64,000 nucleotides of DNA from an uncultured Alphaproteobacteria bacterium (GCA_903837555.1 CAILUV010000092.1:24615-88614); one strand, 5' to 3'. Positions 41,252-54,460 are shown, numbered from the stretch's first letter. Notes: generated by a model from the letters alone, not told the origin. Program-made: numbers and translations.

Positions 41252-41971
41252 ATGAAAAGCCCGGTACATGCGGAAAAAGACCCGGATCGGCCCGATTTGC
41301 GGCCCGACTTTCGTCACGTCAAAAGCTGGATTTTCGACCTCGACAATACGCTGTACCGGGCCGACAACGGCATCTTCGCGCAGATTGAATCGCGCATGAC
41401 CGATTATGTCACCAACCTGCTGAAGCTGCCCCGCGATGAGGCCCGCGCCCGGCAGAAGGATCTGTACCGCCAGTACGGCACCACGCTGAACGGCTTGATG
41501 CGTGAGCATGAATGCGATGCGGAGGATTATCTCAGCTTCGTGCATGACATCGACTTGGGCAATCTGGGCCCCGATGCCGGGCTGAGCAACGCCATCGCGG
41601 CCCTGCCCGGCAAGCGCTTCATCTTTACCAATGGCTGCCGCGACCATGCGCAGCGCATTCTGGGGCGGCTGGACATGGCGCACTTGTTCGATGCGGCGTG
41701 GGACATCCGCACCATCGGCTTTGCCCCCAAGCCGCAGGCCAGCGCCTATGACGCCGTGGTGGCGGCAGGCGGGGTGAACCCTAGCGAATCCGCCATGTTC
41801 GAGGATATCGCCCGAAACCTGGTTCCGGCCCGCGCTTTGGGCATGACCACTGTGTGGTTGAAAACAGACGCGCCCTGGGGCAAGCACGGCCCCCTGATGG
41901 ACGTGAAGGACGGGGATATCGACCATCAGACCGAAGACCTTACCCACTTCTTGCAGAGCATCAGGATTTGA
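41252..41971 (+). CDS. Pyrimidine 5'-nucleotidase, HAD superfamily
   Basis: [41 protein letters not shown]. Confidence 0.9.
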   Translation: MKSPVHAEKDPDRPDLRPDFRHVKSWIFDLDNTLYRADNGIFAQIESRMTDYVTNLLKLPRDEARARQKDLYRQYGTTLNGLMREHECDAEDYLSFVHDIDLGNLGPDAGLSNAIAALPGKRFIFTNGCRDHAQRILGRLDMAHLFDAAWDIRTIGFAPKPQASAYDAVVAAGGVNPSESAMFEDIARNLVPARALGMTTVWLKTDAPWGKHGPLMDVKDGDIDHQTEDLTHFLQSIRI

Positions 41972-41973
41972 CC

Positions 41974-42792
41974 ATGAGTGATTTGAGCGCCGCCATCGAA
42001 GCCGCCTGGGACAAGCGCGAAACGCTGGGCGTCACCTCCAAGGGCGCGGAGCGCGATGCGGTGGAAGCAGCGCTCGAAGCGCTGGACAATGGTTCGCTGC
42101 GCGTTGCCGAGAAAATCGACGGCGCATGGAAAGTGCATGAGTGGCTGAAGAAGGCCGTGCTGCTCTCCTTCCGTCTCAACGACATGAAGCTGATCGAGGG
42201 CGCTCCCGGCAACGCCGTGTGGTGGGACAAGGTGGATTCCAAGTTCGTCGGCTGGACGGAAGAGAAATTCCGTGCCGCCGGTTTCCGCGCCGTGCCGGGT
42301 GCGATTGTCCGCCGTTCTGCTTTCATCGCAAAAGGCGCGGTGCTGCTACCCAGCTTCGTCAATGTCGGCGCCCGCGTGGGCGAAGGCACCATGATCGACA
42401 CCTGGGCCACGGTCGGTTCCTGCGCCCAGGTGGGATCGCACTGCCATATCTCGGGCGGCGCGGGCCTCGGCGGCGTGCTGGAGCCGTTGCAGGCGGCGCC
42501 TACCATCATTGAAGACAATTGCTTCATCGGCGCGCGCGCCGAAGTGGCCGAAGGCGTCATCGTGGGCGAAGGCAGCGTGCTGTCGATGGGCGTGTATCTG
42601 TCGGCCTCGACCAAGATCATCGACCGTGCCACCGGCGAAGTGCATATGGGCAAGGTGCCGCCCTATTCGGTGGTGGTGTCGGGTTCGCTGCCCAGCGAAA
42701 AGGGCCCCAATCTTTATTGCGCGGTGATCGTCAAGCGGGTGGACGAGAAGACCCGCGCCAAGACCTCCATCAACGAACTGCTGCGCGACTGA
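41974..42792 (+). CDS. dapD: 2,3,4,5-tetrahydropyridine-2,6-dicarboxylate N-succinyltransferase
   Basis: [43 protein letters not shown]. Confidence 0.97.
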   Translation: MSDLSAAIEAAWDKRETLGVTSKGAERDAVEAALEALDNGSLRVAEKIDGAWKVHEWLKKAVLLSFRLNDMKLIEGAPGNAVWWDKVDSKFVGWTEEKFRAAGFRAVPGAIVRRSAFIAKGAVLLPSFVNVGARVGEGTMIDTWATVGSCAQVGSHCHISGGAGLGGVLEPLQAAPTIIEDNCFIGARAEVAEGVIVGEGSVLSMGVYLSASTKIIDRATGEVHMGKVPPYSVVVSGSLPSEKGPNLYCAVIVKRVDEKTRAKTSINELLRD

Positions 42793-43946
42793 TGCCGACC
42801 GAGATCGACGCCCTTGCTTTGGCCCAGGCCCTGATCCGCCGCCCTTCGGTGACGCCGAAGGATGCGGGCGCTTTGGACGTGCTGGAAGCCGTGCTGAAGG
42901 AGCTGGGCTTCACCACCCATCGCCTGCCGTTCGGCGATGTCGACAATCTCTATGCGCGTCTGGGAGATTCCGCGCCGCATTTCTGTTTCGCTGGCCACAC
43001 CGATGTGGTGCCGGTGGGCGAAGGCTGGCAGCAGGAGCCATTCGCCGCCGAAGTGAAGAACGGCATGCTGTACGGGCGCGGCGCCGCCGACATGAAATCG
43101 GCCATCGCCGCCTTCGTCGCCGCCGTGTCGAAAACCGGCGCGCAGGCCCTGGAGAAGAAAGCGGGATCGATCAGCCTTCTGATCACCGGCGACGAAGAAG
43201 GCGTGGCGATCAACGGCACCGTCAAGCTGCTGGAATGGCTGCGCGCGCGCGGCGAAAAGATCGATCATTGCGTGGTGGGCGAACCCACCAGCGTCGGCAA
43301 GGCCGGTGATACGCTGAAAATCGGGCGCCGCGGTTCGATCAATTTCAAGCTGGTGGTCAAGGGCGTGCAGGGCCATGTCGGCTATCCGCAGAAAGCCAAG
43401 AACCCGATTCCGGTGCTGGCCGAACTGGTCACACAGCTTGCGGGCCACAAGCTGGACAAGGGCAACGATCATTTCGATCCCTCGACCCTGGCCTTCACCA
43501 CGGTGGATGTGGGCAACGACACCACCAATGTGATCCCTGGCGAAGCGCGCGCCGCCTTCAACATCCGCTTCAACGACAAGCACACGCCCGACAGCCTGAT
43601 CAACTGGGTGAACGACCGCGTCACCCAGGTTGCGCGCCAGTCGGGCTGCCAGATCGACGTCACGTCCCAGACCAGCGGCGTGTCGTTCCTGACCGCCCCG
43701 GGCAAGTTCACCCAGCTTGTCAGCGACACGGTGGCCAGCGTCACCGGCCAGTCACCCTTCTTCTCCACCAGCGGCGGCACCTCGGATGCCCGCTTCATCA
43801 AGGACTTCTGCCCGGTGGTGGAACTGGGGCTGGCGGGCACGACCATGCACAAGGCCGATGAATGCGTGGCGGTGGAGGAGATTTCCGCGCTCACCGACAT
43901 CTATGCCGCCCTGCTCACCGCCTATTTCGCAAAGCCGCCCATTTGA
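42792..43946 (+). CDS. dapE: Succinyl-diaminopimelate desuccinylase
   Basis: FAGHTDVVP, GRGAADMKS, GDEEG, GRRGS, GHVGYP, GGTSDARFI, HKADE. Confidence 0.96.
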   Translation: MPTEIDALALAQALIRRPSVTPKDAGALDVLEAVLKELGFTTHRLPFGDVDNLYARLGDSAPHFCFAGHTDVVPVGEGWQQEPFAAEVKNGMLYGRGAADMKSAIAAFVAAVSKTGAQALEKKAGSISLLITGDEEGVAINGTVKLLEWLRARGEKIDHCVVGEPTSVGKAGDTLKIGRRGSINFKLVVKGVQGHVGYPQKAKNPIPVLAELVTQLAGHKLDKGNDHFDPSTLAFTTVDVGNDTTNVIPGEARAAFNIRFNDKHTPDSLINWVNDRVTQVARQSGCQIDVTSQTSGVSFLTAPGKFTQLVSDTVASVTGQSPFFSTSGGTSDARFIKDFCPVVELGLAGTTMHKADECVAVEEISALTDIYAALLTAYFAKPPI

Positions 43947-44767
43947 GCGCCTCTACGGATTCAACTCGGCCTATCGGGATTTTCGATTCCGGCATGGGCG
44001 GGCTGACCGTGATGCGCGCCCTGAAGGCGCGGCTTCCGGGCGAATCGTTCGTCTATCTGGGTGATACCGCCCGCCTTCCCTACGGCACCAAGAGCGCCGA
44101 CACCGTCACCCGCTATGCCGTGCAGGCATCGGCCGCGCTGATGCAGCACGACATCAAGCTGCTGGTGGTGGCCTGCAACACCGCCAGCGCCGCCGCCGTG
44201 CCGGCCTTGATTGCAACACTGGCGCCCCTGCCGGTCGTGGGCGTGATCGAACCGGGTGCGCAGGCGGCGGTGGCGGCGGCACCCGACGGCCCCATCGCGG
44301 TGATCGCCACCGAAGGCACCGTCAAGGGCGGCGCCTATGTCCGCGCCATCCAGGCGGTGGCGCCGCACATGCCGGTGGTGCAGCAAGCCTGCCCGCTGTT
44401 TGTGGCGCTGGCCGAAGAAGGCTTGCGCGACGGTCCCATCGCAGAGCTGGCGGCGCAGCGCTATCTGAACCCGCTGCTGGCGACCATGCCGCGCCCGCGC
44501 GCGCTGGTGCTGGGCTGCACGCATTTTCCGGTGCTGAAAGACACCATCGCGCAGGTGGCAGGCGCCGATGTGGTTCTGGTCGACAGCGCCGAAACCACGG
44601 CAGCGGCGGTGGAGCGCATTCTCCAGGACAGCAAGCTGCTGAACAGCCAAGGGGCGCGGCCCGCGCGTTTCCTGGCGACCGACGCGCCGGGCCGCTTTGC
44701 CCATCTGGGCGAAATTTTCTTGGGCGAACCGATCGATCCCGGCGCGGTGACGCTGGTGGACCTGTAA
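43943..44767 (+). CDS. murI: Glutamate racemase
   Basis: IGIFDSGMGGLTV, GDTARLPYG, VACNTAS, LGCTHFP; TTG start overlaps the dapE stop. Confidence 0.95.
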   Translation: MSASTDSTRPIGIFDSGMGGLTVMRALKARLPGESFVYLGDTARLPYGTKSADTVTRYAVQASAALMQHDIKLLVVACNTASAAAVPALIATLAPLPVVGVIEPGAQAAVAAAPDGPIAVIATEGTVKGGAYVRAIQAVAPHMPVVQQACPLFVALAEEGLRDGPIAELAAQRYLNPLLATMPRPRALVLGCTHFPVLKDTIAQVAGADVVLVDSAETTAAAVERILQDSKLLNSQGARPARFLATDAPGRFAHLGEIFLGEPIDPGAVTLVDL

Positions 44768-44770
44768 GCG

Positions 44771-45250
44771 TCAGCCTTTGCGGGCCGCATCGATCGCCGC
44801 AACGTCAATCTTGCGCATCGTCATCATCGCTTCGAACGCGCGTTTGGCTTCATCGCCACCCGCCGCCATCGCCTCGGTCAGGGTGCGCGGCGTAATCTGC
44901 CAGTTCACGCCCCACTTGTCCTTGCACCAGCCGCAGGCGCTTTCGCGCCCATCATTGCCGACAATGGCATTCCAGTAGCGGTCGGTTTCTGCCTGATCGT
45001 CGGTGGCGATCTGGAAGGAGAAGGCTTCGCTCTGCTGGAAGGCATCGCCGCCGTTCAGGCCTATGCAGGGAATGCCGAAAACGGTGAATTCCACCACCAG
45101 CACATCGCCCGCCTTGCCGGAGGGAAAATCGGCCGGCGCCGTGTGGATGGCGCCAACGCTGCTGTCTGGGAAGGTCTGGGCATAGAAGCGGGCGGCAGCT
45201 TCCGCATCCTTGTTGTACCAGACGCAAATGGTGTTCTTGGCAATCGCCAT
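44771..45250 (-). CDS. VOC family protein (PhnB / 3-demethylubiquinone-9 methyltransferase-like)
   Basis: AEAAARFY..TFPDS, GLNGG..F..SEAFSFQI, CGWCKDKWGVNWQI. Confidence 0.88.
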   Translation of the reverse strand: MAIAKNTICVWYNKDAEAAARFYAQTFPDSSVGAIHTAPADFPSGKAGDVLVVEFTVFGIPCIGLNGGDAFQQSEAFSFQIATDDQAETDRYWNAIVGNDGRESACGWCKDKWGVNWQITPRTLTEAMAAGGDEAKRAFEAMMTMRKIDVAAIDAARKG

Positions 45251-45334
45251 GGCTCGTCCTTTCGCCTTGAATCCAGGGGTTAACGCTCAAAGGACGATGA
45301 CAGGTCGGGCAATCCGACACGCATACCCAGTTTT

Positions 45335-46078
45335 TTAAGCCGGATAGTCCACCCGCACCAGATAAAGCCCATTGGGCGGTGAAACCGGGCCGCAGCGGGT
45401 GCGATCTTTCGCAGCCAGCGCCTCGGCGACATCGCGCGGCTTCCACTTGCCCTCCCCCACCAGCTTCAGCGTGCCGGCAAAAGAGCGGATCTGGTGATGC
45501 AGGAAAGATCGCGCCGAAGCCTCGATATGTATCTCATCGGCGCGGCGCGACACATCCAGCCGGTCCAGCGTCTTGACGGGCGAGGCCGACTGGCACTCGG
45601 CAGCACGGAACGTGGTGAAGTCGTGATGGCCGACCAGCGCCTGCGCCGCCACATGCATGGCTTCGGCATCCAGCTTGGGGCTGACATGCCAGACGCGCCC
45701 GTCCTCCAGCGCCGGCGGCGCGCGGCGGTTCAGAATGCGAAACAGGTAATGCCGCGAGGCGGCGGAAAAACGGGCGTGGAACTGCTCGTCGGTTTCCGCC
45801 GCATCCAGCACCACCACGGGATCGGGTCGCAGATAATGGTTCAGCGCGTCGCGCACTTTCCCGGCGTCAAAGCTTTTTACCAGGTCGAAATGCGCCACCT
45901 GGCCCAGAGCATGAACCCCCGCATCGGTGCGGCCCGCGCCGGTGACGGTGACGCGCTCGCCCGACAATTTTTCAATCGCGTCTTCCAGCGCACCCTGCAC
46001 GGACGCGCAGTCATGCTGGCGTTGCCAGCCGACAAATGGCCCGCCGTCATATTCCACTGTCAGGCGGTAACGGGGCAT
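45335..46078 (-). CDS. truA: tRNA pseudouridine(38-40) synthase
   Basis: [41 protein letters not shown]. Confidence 0.96.
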   Translation of the reverse strand: MPRYRLTVEYDGGPFVGWQRQHDCASVQGALEDAIEKLSGERVTVTGAGRTDAGVHALGQVAHFDLVKSFDAGKVRDALNHYLRPDPVVVLDAAETDEQFHARFSAASRHYLFRILNRRAPPALEDGRVWHVSPKLDAEAMHVAAQALVGHHDFTTFRAAECQSASPVKTLDRLDVSRRADEIHIEASARSFLHHQIRSFAGTLKLVGEGKWKPRDVAEALAAKDRTRCGPVSPPNGLYLVRVDYPA

Positions 46079-46995
46079 CAGCTGAGCTGCGTGCCGCGCG
46101 GCAGGCCAAAGCCCTTGAGCAGCTCAGCCGCCGTCATCACCGATTTTCCGGCCCGCTGCACTTTGACCAGTTTCAGCGCGCCCTCGCCGCAGGCAATGGT
46201 CAGCCCGTCGTCCAGCGCCAAACCTGGCTTGCCGTTGCCGTCCACCGGATCGGCATAGAGGATTTTCAGCCGTTCGCCATTTGCGTCCGTCCACGCGCCG
46301 GGAAAGGGTGCGAGGCCACGGATATGGGCGTCGATCTCGCGCGCCGGGCGCGACCAGTCGATGCGCGCTTCTTCCTTGGAAATCTTTTTGGCGTAGGTGA
46401 CGCCGTCTTCGCTTTGGGGCTGGGGCGTGACGCCGCCGCGTTCCAGCGCCCCCAGACTGCGCACCATCAGGTCGGCACCCAGCCGTGACAGTTCGGTGGT
46501 GAGTTCGCCGCTGGTCTTGCGGCCTATCGTAACCCGCTCGGCCATCAGGACCGCGCCGGTATCCAGCCCCTCGTCCATCTGCATCACCATGACGCCGGTC
46601 TCAGCATCACCCGCCATCACCGCCCGCTGGATCGGCGCGGCGCCGCGCCAGCGCGGCAAGAGCGAACCATGCAGGTTGAAACAGCCCAGCTTGGGCGCAT
46701 CCAGAATAGACTTGGGCAGCAGCAAGCCATAGGCAACCACGATGGCGGCATCGAGTTCGAGCGCGGCGAATGCCGCCTGTTCCTCAGCGCTTTTCAAGGA
46801 CAGCGGGGTGCGGACCGGCAGCTTGGCGGAGTCGGCGAAGCGATGCACCGCGCCCGGTTCCAGCGTCATGCCACGGCCCTTGGGGCGGGGCGGCTGGGAG
46901 TAGACGGCAGCGATGTCGTGGCCCTGGGCGATCAGGTCGGCAAGCGTCGGCACCGCGAAGTCCGGCGTGCCCATGAACGCCAATCGCAGCGTCAC
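46078..46995 (-). CDS. fmt: Methionyl-tRNA formyltransferase
   Basis: [35 protein letters not shown]. Confidence 0.97.
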   Translation of the reverse strand: MTLRLAFMGTPDFAVPTLADLIAQGHDIAAVYSQPPRPKGRGMTLEPGAVHRFADSAKLPVRTPLSLKSAEEQAAFAALELDAAIVVAYGLLLPKSILDAPKLGCFNLHGSLLPRWRGAAPIQRAVMAGDAETGVMVMQMDEGLDTGAVLMAERVTIGRKTSGELTTELSRLGADLMVRSLGALERGGVTPQPQSEDGVTYAKKISKEEARIDWSRPAREIDAHIRGLAPFPGAWTDANGERLKILYADPVDGNGKPGLALDDGLTIACGEGALKLVKVQRAGKSVMTAAELLKGFGLPRGTQLS

Positions 46996-47513
46996 TAGCC
47001 CGCCGCCTGCAGCTTCTTGGCCTTGGTGAGCTTCTTGACCGCCATGCTCTTCTTCAGGCGCGACAGATGGTCGATGAACAGCACGCCGTTCAGGTGGTCC
47101 ATCTCATGCTGCAAACACGTAGCCAAAAGGCCATCGGCTTCCAGCGTCTGCGGCTTGCCGTCGATATCCAGATACTCGCACTTGACGCGGGCGGGGCGTT
47201 CGACATCGTCCCAGATTTCCGGCACCGACAGGCAGCCTTCTTCGTAGGTCGCCATTTCTTCCGACGCCCAGGTGATCTTGGGGTTGATGAAGGCGCGCGG
47301 GTTCTTGTTGCCCTCTTTCTGGTCCAGGTCGATCACCAAAATGCGCTTGGCCACGCCGATCTGGATGGCGGCCAGACCGATTCCTTCGGCGGCATACATG
47401 CTGTCGGTCATGTCGGTGACCAGGGCGCGGATTTCGTCATCCACGCGCTCGACATCGGTCGAGACCGCTTGGAGGCGCGGATCGGGGGCGGTAAGTATGG
47501 GGCGGGCCGTCAT
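46995..47513 (-). CDS. def: Peptide deformylase
   Basis: [22 protein letters not shown]. Confidence 0.97.
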   Translation of the reverse strand: MTARPILTAPDPRLQAVSTDVERVDDEIRALVTDMTDSMYAAEGIGLAAIQIGVAKRILVIDLDQKEGNKNPRAFINPKITWASEEMATYEEGCLSVPEIWDDVERPARVKCEYLDIDGKPQTLEADGLLATCLQHEMDHLNGVLFIDHLSRLKKSMAVKKLTKAKKLQAAG

Positions 47514-47554
47514 GGGCTGGAAATAAGCGCTGGGCGCTATCGGGTCAAGGATTC

Positions 47555-48586
47555 ATGGAATTAGCACTGATATTGCTGGCGATTGCCGTGGTCGCGGGCG
47601 CCGCTATCCTCGCCTTTGCCCTGCGCAAACCGGCGGCGGTGGAACCCGCAGGTCTGGATCCCCGCCTGGACGAGGTCATCCGAGGCCAGGGCGCGATTGC
47701 CGAACAATTCCGCCAGACCAGCGCCCAGGTCGAGGCGCTGAAGGCGCGGCTGGGCGAATCCTTGAGCGAAAACGCCACCAAGACCGCCGAAACGCTGGGC
47801 GGCATCGGGGCGCGCCTGACCGTGATCGACGAGGCGCAGAAGAACATCTCGGCCTTGTCGGGACAGGTCGTGTCGTTGCAACAGGTGCTGTCCAACAAGC
47901 AGGCGCGCGGCGCCTTCGGCCAGGCGCAGATGGAAGAGATCGTACGCGATGGCCTGCCGCCCACGCTTTACGATTTCCAGTTCACCCTTTCCAACCGCAA
48001 CCGGCCCGACTGCATCATCCGCATTCCCGGCAACAAGGCGCTGCTGGTGATCGACGCCAAGTTTCCGCTGGAAGGCTTTGAACTGATGCGCCGGGCGGGG
48101 ACGGAGGAAGAAAAGAAATTCGCGCTGGCCCAGGTGCGCGGCGCGGTGAACAAGCATGTCAGCGACATTTCCGAAAAATACCTGATCCCCGGCGAAGTGC
48201 AGACGCCCGCCATCCTGTTCGTGCCGTCGGAATCGATTTACGCGGACCTGCACGATGCATTTGATGACGTGATACAGAAGGCCCGCCGCGCCAATGTGAT
48301 CGTGGTGTCGCCCAACATCCTGATGCTGGCGATCAGCACCATCCAGACCGTGATGAAGGATGCGCGGATGCGCGAACAGGCGGACCAGATCAAGAAGGAA
48401 GTGGGCGTGCTGCTGAACGATGTGCGGCTGCTGGCCGACCGCGTGGGCAAGCTGCAAACCCATTTCAACCAGGCCGATGCCGATATCAAGAATATCCTGG
48501 TCTCGACCGGCAAGATCACCACCCGCGCCGAGAAGATCGAAAAGGCGGAGTTGGCGCCGACCGAAACGCCCAAGGCCCTGACCTAA
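47555..48586 (+). CDS. rmuC: DNA recombination protein RmuC
   Basis: N-terminal TM, coiled coil, [39 protein letters not shown]. Confidence 0.92.
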   Translation: MELALILLAIAVVAGAAILAFALRKPAAVEPAGLDPRLDEVIRGQGAIAEQFRQTSAQVEALKARLGESLSENATKTAETLGGIGARLTVIDEAQKNISALSGQVVSLQQVLSNKQARGAFGQAQMEEIVRDGLPPTLYDFQFTLSNRNRPDCIIRIPGNKALLVIDAKFPLEGFELMRRAGTEEEKKFALAQVRGAVNKHVSDISEKYLIPGEVQTPAILFVPSESIYADLHDAFDDVIQKARRANVIVVSPNILMLAISTIQTVMKDARMREQADQIKKEVGVLLNDVRLLADRVGKLQTHFNQADADIKNILVSTGKITTRAEKIEKAELAPTETPKALT

Positions 48587-49173
48587 AGCGCGCGGCGTGC
48601 CTTGAAAGCCGCGCTGAGCGTGCCCTCGTCGAGATAATCGAGCTCGCCGCCCACCGGGACGCCATGGGCCAGGCGGGTGACTTTCAGATCACCCAGTAGG
48701 TCCATCAGGTAATGCGCCGTGGTCTGACCTTCGACCGTGGCGTTCATCGCCAGGATCACTTCGTCCACGCCGGTCTTCACCCGTTCCATCAGCTTGCCGA
48801 CACTCAGCCGGTCGGGCGTCACGCCATCCAGCGCACTCAGCGCCCCGCCCAGCACGTGATAACGGCCACGGAACACGCCCGCCCGCTCCAGCGCCCACAG
48901 GTCGGCAACATCCTCCACCACACACAGCAGATGGGGATCACGGCGCCCGTCGCTGCAGATGGCGCAAGGGCTGGCGGTATCAAGATTGCCGCAGGTTTCG
49001 CAGGTCAGGATCGCATCGGCGGCTTCGCGCAAGGACGCGGCCAGCGGTTCCAGCATGGTGTCGCGCTTTTTCAGCAGCACCAGCGCCGCGCGGCGGGCCG
49101 AACGCGGCCCCAGCCCCGGCAATTTGGCGAGCAACTGGATCAGGCGCTCGATCTCGGATCCAAGCACCGCCAT
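48583..49173 (-). CDS. recR: Recombination mediator RecR
   Basis: [15 protein letters not shown]....C.IC zinc finger, [23 protein letters not shown]. Confidence 0.97.
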   Translation of the reverse strand: MAVLGSEIERLIQLLAKLPGLGPRSARRAALVLLKKRDTMLEPLAASLREAADAILTCETCGNLDTASPCAICSDGRRDPHLLCVVEDVADLWALERAGVFRGRYHVLGGALSALDGVTPDRLSVGKLMERVKTGVDEVILAMNATVEGQTTAHYLMDLLGDLKVTRLAHGVPVGGELDYLDEGTLSAAFKARRAL

Positions 49174-50873
49174 CAGGATTCAGAATCGCTTTCCGGCATC
49201 GGCGCGGCGACATCGGGCGCGATCGTGTCGCGCACCGCCACGATTTCGGCGCCGGGAAAACGGTCCAGCACGGCGCGCACCAACGGGTCCTGCGCCACGG
49301 CTTCAAAGCGCGCCGTCTTGGCCGACTGCTTCTGTTCGGCCAGCGTCGGCGCGCCGCCGGTCGAGGCGATGGAGACCGCCCAGCGTTCGCCGGTCCAGTC
49401 GCGCAATTTCTGCTGCAGGTCGCCCGCCAGCGTGCGCGGGGCGCGGGCATGGGGGCGAAATTCGATGCGGCCAGGTTCGAGGTGAACCAGATGGATGTAA
49501 TTCTCCAGCGCCACGCGCAGGATCGGCGCGTTGTTGGCCGCCGCCAGCGCGATAATGTCTTCCAAGTTGCGGATCGACGCGGAAGGCGCGCCTTCGGGCA
49601 TCGGCGCGCGCGCCGGCATCGCGGCGCCGGAGGGTCCCGAAGGGACGGGCCGCCCCGACGGCGCAGCCGCACCGCCACGCGGCGCCGGCACCGCGCCGCC
49701 GTCCAGAAAATCCTTCACCAGCTTGTCGGTGGGCGGCAGTTCGGCGGCATGGGCCAGGCGGATCAGCACCATTTCGCAGGCCGAGATGGGCCGCGTGGCG
49801 TCGCGCACTTCAAACAGGCCTTTCAGCAGAATCTGCCAGGCCCGCGTCAGCGAGGCGACCGACAGCTTGGCGGCCAGATCGGCAGCGCGCTTGGCCTCGC
49901 CCGAACCGCCATCGAAGAAACCTTGCGCGGCAGGGGCGACTTTAACACGTGTCAGGAAGTGGGTGGTCTCCAGCAGGTCCTGCACCACCGCCAGCGGATC
50001 GGCCCCGGCATCGTACAATCCGCCCAGATCGCCTAGCGCCTCGGCGAGGTTGCCGCCCATCAGCTTTTCAAAAATATCCAGCACCCGGCCGCGATCGGCC
50101 AGGCCCAGCATCAGACGCACCGTGTCGGCGGTGATCGTCTCGCCTTCGCCATGCGCAATCGCCTGGTCCAGCAGCGACAGCGAATCGCGGGCCGAGCCTT
50201 CGGCGGCGCGGGCAATCAGCGCCAGCGCGCCTTCCTCGATCTTCACATTTTCTTTGTCCGCCAGCACCGCCAGATAAGCGGCCAGTTCCGCGCTGTCGAT
50301 GCGGCGCAGGTCGAAACGCTGGCAGCGCGACAGCACCGTCACCGGAACTTTTCGGATTTCGGTGGTGGCGAAGACGAACTTCACATGCGGCGGCGGTTCT
50401 TCCAGCGTCTTGAGCAGGCCGTTGAAGGCCTGCTTGGACAGCATGTGCACTTCGTCGATGATATAGACCTTGTAGCGCGCCGCGATCGGGGCATAGCGCA
50501 CGCCCTCTATGATCTCGCGAATGTCGTCGATGCCGGTGCGGCTGGCGGCGTCCATTTCCTGCACATCGACATTGCGCGATTCCGAAATCGAGGTGCAGGG
50601 CTCGCACACGCCGCAGGGCTGAATGGTCGGGGCGGCGCCCTTGCCGTCGGCCCCGATGCAGTTGAGCGCGCGCGCAATGATGCGGGCGGTGGTGGTTTTG
50701 CCCACGACGCGCACCCCGGTAAGCATAAAGGCATGGGCGATGCGGCCCGTGGCGAAGGCGCTGGACAAGGTGCGCACCAGCGCCTCCTGCCCGATCAGGC
50801 CGGTAAAATCGGTGGGGCGGTATTTGCGCGCCAGGACGCGGTAGGGCTGGGCGGGCGCGGGGGTCTTGGCCAT
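49173..50873 (-). CDS. dnaX: DNA polymerase III subunit gamma/tau
   Basis: [53 protein letters not shown]. Confidence 0.96.
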   Translation of the reverse strand: MAKTPAPAQPYRVLARKYRPTDFTGLIGQEALVRTLSSAFATGRIAHAFMLTGVRVVGKTTTARIIARALNCIGADGKGAAPTIQPCGVCEPCTSISESRNVDVQEMDAASRTGIDDIREIIEGVRYAPIAARYKVYIIDEVHMLSKQAFNGLLKTLEEPPPHVKFVFATTEIRKVPVTVLSRCQRFDLRRIDSAELAAYLAVLADKENVKIEEGALALIARAAEGSARDSLSLLDQAIAHGEGETITADTVRLMLGLADRGRVLDIFEKLMGGNLAEALGDLGGLYDAGADPLAVVQDLLETTHFLTRVKVAPAAQGFFDGGSGEAKRAADLAAKLSVASLTRAWQILLKGLFEVRDATRPISACEMVLIRLAHAAELPPTDKLVKDFLDGGAVPAPRGGAAAPSGRPVPSGPSGAAMPARAPMPEGAPSASIRNLEDIIALAAANNAPILRVALENYIHLVHLEPGRIEFRPHARAPRTLAGDLQQKLRDWTGERWAVSIASTGGAPTLAEQKQSAKTARFEAVAQDPLVRAVLDRFPGAEIVAVRDTIAPDVAAPMPESDSES

Positions 50874-50938
50874 GGGGCGACTATAGCAAGCGGCCCCGGA
50901 AAGCGGGCGCAAATGTGGCGGAAAATCTGGGGAAAGGT

Positions 50939-51024
50939 GGAAGCCGGCGACCCGCAGCAGATTCGGTATGGCTGCTTCGTTCCCGACCTGACCAGGTTAG
51001 CGAGTGCTACGCCCACCGACTTCC
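50939..51024 (-). ncRNA. ffs: Signal recognition particle RNA (4.5S)
   Basis: Terminal GGAAG/CTTCC stem and domain IV CAGGTC-GGGAAC-GAAGCAGC; ffs-dnaX adjacency. Ends approximate. Confidence 0.9.
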
Positions 51025-51093
51025 GGGCCGGGATATAGAGATTCAGGCGGAAAATTGCGAGTCCGGCCCACCCAAAAAGGCGCCCCAGAAGCC

Positions 51094-52656
<1,563 letters not shown>

Positions 52657-52730
52657 GGCGATAATATCGCGCGACTGATGTAAACCAGCCGCTAAGGAAC
52701 CTGTGCCGGATTGGGAAAGGCTGTCGAATT

Positions 52731-53606
52731 TTGTCCGAATTGGCGATGCGTTTTTCAGGAAATCCGCTGGACCGGGCCAGCGACCAGCGGACCGACCCCA
52801 CATGGCTGGCATCGCGGTTGCGGGCCGGCCTGGTGCTTCCCTTCTGGCAGAACAGGCCGCTGGTCGTGGCCGAGCGCGCCGGTTTTCAGGCCTGGCGCGA
52901 CGACTGGAACGGACGGCTCTGCGTCTTTCTCGGCCTTGATGGAGAACGCGGCCTGTTCGCCGTCGACATTGCGGGCGAAGATGAACCGCAGATAGGTAGC
53001 GGCGCCTTTGCAGAGATGCGCGCCAGCGCTTTCGTTTTGCCCGCGCGCGACACCGCCATCGCGGGACAGGCCAAGGCGCTGATCGACTGGCACAGGCGGC
53101 ACGGCTTCTGCGCCAATTGCGGCGCGGGCACGCAAGTTCAGGACGGCGGCTATCGCCGGCTTTGCCCGGCTTGCGGGGCCGAACATTTTCCCCGCACCGA
53201 TCCGGTGGTGATCATGCTGCCGGTGCTGGACGAACACTGCCTGATCGGGCGCAATGCGCGGTTCGTGAACGGGCTGTATTCCGCCTTTGCCGGTTTCGTC
53301 GAGCCGGGTGAGAGCATGGAAGACGCGGTGCGCCGCGAACTCGCCGAAGAAGCCAATGTGCAAATCGGCGCCGTGCGCTATCACGCCAGCCAGCCCTGGC
53401 CATTTCCCTCGTCCCTGATGCTGGGCTGTTATGCCGATGCGCTGAGCCGCGACTTCCGGATCGACGGCACGGAAATCGTCGACGCGCGCTGGCTGTCCAA
53501 GAACGAAGCGCGCCGGCGCCTGGCGGGCACGATCGAAGATGAGATGACCATGCCCGCATCCATCGCCATCGCCCATCACCTCATCCGCGACTGGGCGAAC
53601 GGTTAG
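52731..53606 (+). CDS. nudC: NAD(+) diphosphatase / NAD-cap decapping enzyme NudC
   Basis: FCANCG...CPAC zinc site, FPRTDP, AGFVEPGES.EDAVRRELAEE, SQPWPFPSSLM; start may be ATG 52746. Confidence 0.93.
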   Translation: MSELAMRFSGNPLDRASDQRTDPTWLASRLRAGLVLPFWQNRPLVVAERAGFQAWRDDWNGRLCVFLGLDGERGLFAVDIAGEDEPQIGSGAFAEMRASAFVLPARDTAIAGQAKALIDWHRRHGFCANCGAGTQVQDGGYRRLCPACGAEHFPRTDPVVIMLPVLDEHCLIGRNARFVNGLYSAFAGFVEPGESMEDAVRRELAEEANVQIGAVRYHASQPWPFPSSLMLGCYADALSRDFRIDGTEIVDARWLSKNEARRRLAGTIEDEMTMPASIAIAHHLIRDWANG

Positions 53607-54460
53607 GGTATATCCTCGCGGAACGGATGGGCCGGATACACGCCCATGATGTTGTGGCTGGCAGTGTGGAACGCCAACTCTTCCAATGCCCGCGCCACAT
53701 GGGCTTCTTCCGGGTGTCCCTGGATGTCGACATAGAAGCGCGTGGCGTTGAATGAGCCACCAAGCTGATAGCTTTCCAGCTTGGTCATGTTGACGCCGTT
53801 GGTGGCAAAGCCGCCCATCGCCTTGTAGAGTGCAGCCGGCACGTTCTTCACCTGAAAGACGAAGCTGGTCACCACCTTGCCCGTGTTGGGCGCGCGTTCG
53901 TCGGCCCGCGACATGATCAAGAAGCGCGTGGCGTTGTGATGCTCGTCTTCGACATCGGCTTTCAGAATCTTCAGGCCATAGAATTCCGCCGCCAGGGTCG
54001 AGGCGATGGCTGCCACGCTTTTGTCGCCCAGCTCGGCGATATGCTTGGCCGATCCCGCCGTGTCGTACCAGTTGTGCGCCACCAGTCCCCGTTCGCGCAA
54101 AATCGTGCGACACTGGGCCAGCGCGGGCGCCTGGCTGTAGACGCTGGTGACGCCGTCCAGCGTCGCGTCTTTCAGCCCCAGCAGTTGGTGGCGGATGGGC
54201 AGGAAATGTTCACCCACGATGTGCAGGCCGGAATCGGGCAGCAGGTGATGGATGTCGGCGATGCGGCCGATCAGCGAATTTTCCACCGGGATGATGCACA
54301 GATCGCAATCGCCCGACTTGGCCGCCTCGATGGCGTCTTCGAAGGTGGGCTTGGGAATGGCCGCGGCGTGCGGCACCGCTTCGCGCGCCGCCAGGTTGGC
54401 ATAGGCGCCCGGCTCGCCCTGGAAGGCGACACGTTTGGCGGATGCAACGGCGTTGATCAT
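53603..54460 (-). CDS. pheA: Prephenate dehydratase
   Basis: AFQGEPGA, PVENS..GR, ED..HNATRF, TKLESY ACT domain. Confidence 0.93.
   Translation of the reverse strand: MINAVASAKRVAFQGEPGAYANLAAREAVPHAAAIPKPTFEDAIEAAKSGDCDLCIIPVENSLIGRIADIHHLLPDSGLHIVGEHFLPIRHQLLGLKDATLDGVTSVYSQAPALAQCRTILRERGLVAHNWYDTAGSAKHIAELGDKSVAAIASTLAAEFYGLKILKADVEDEHHNATRFLIMSRADERAPNTGKVVTSFVFQVKNVPAALYKAMGGFATNGVNMTKLESYQLGGSFNATRFYVDIQGHPEEAHVARALEELAFHTASHNIMGVYPAHPFREDIP

Noticed and set aside
49173-50873. Programmed -1 frameshift in dnaX
   Set aside because: No A-AAA-AAG or long A-run slippery site seen by eye.
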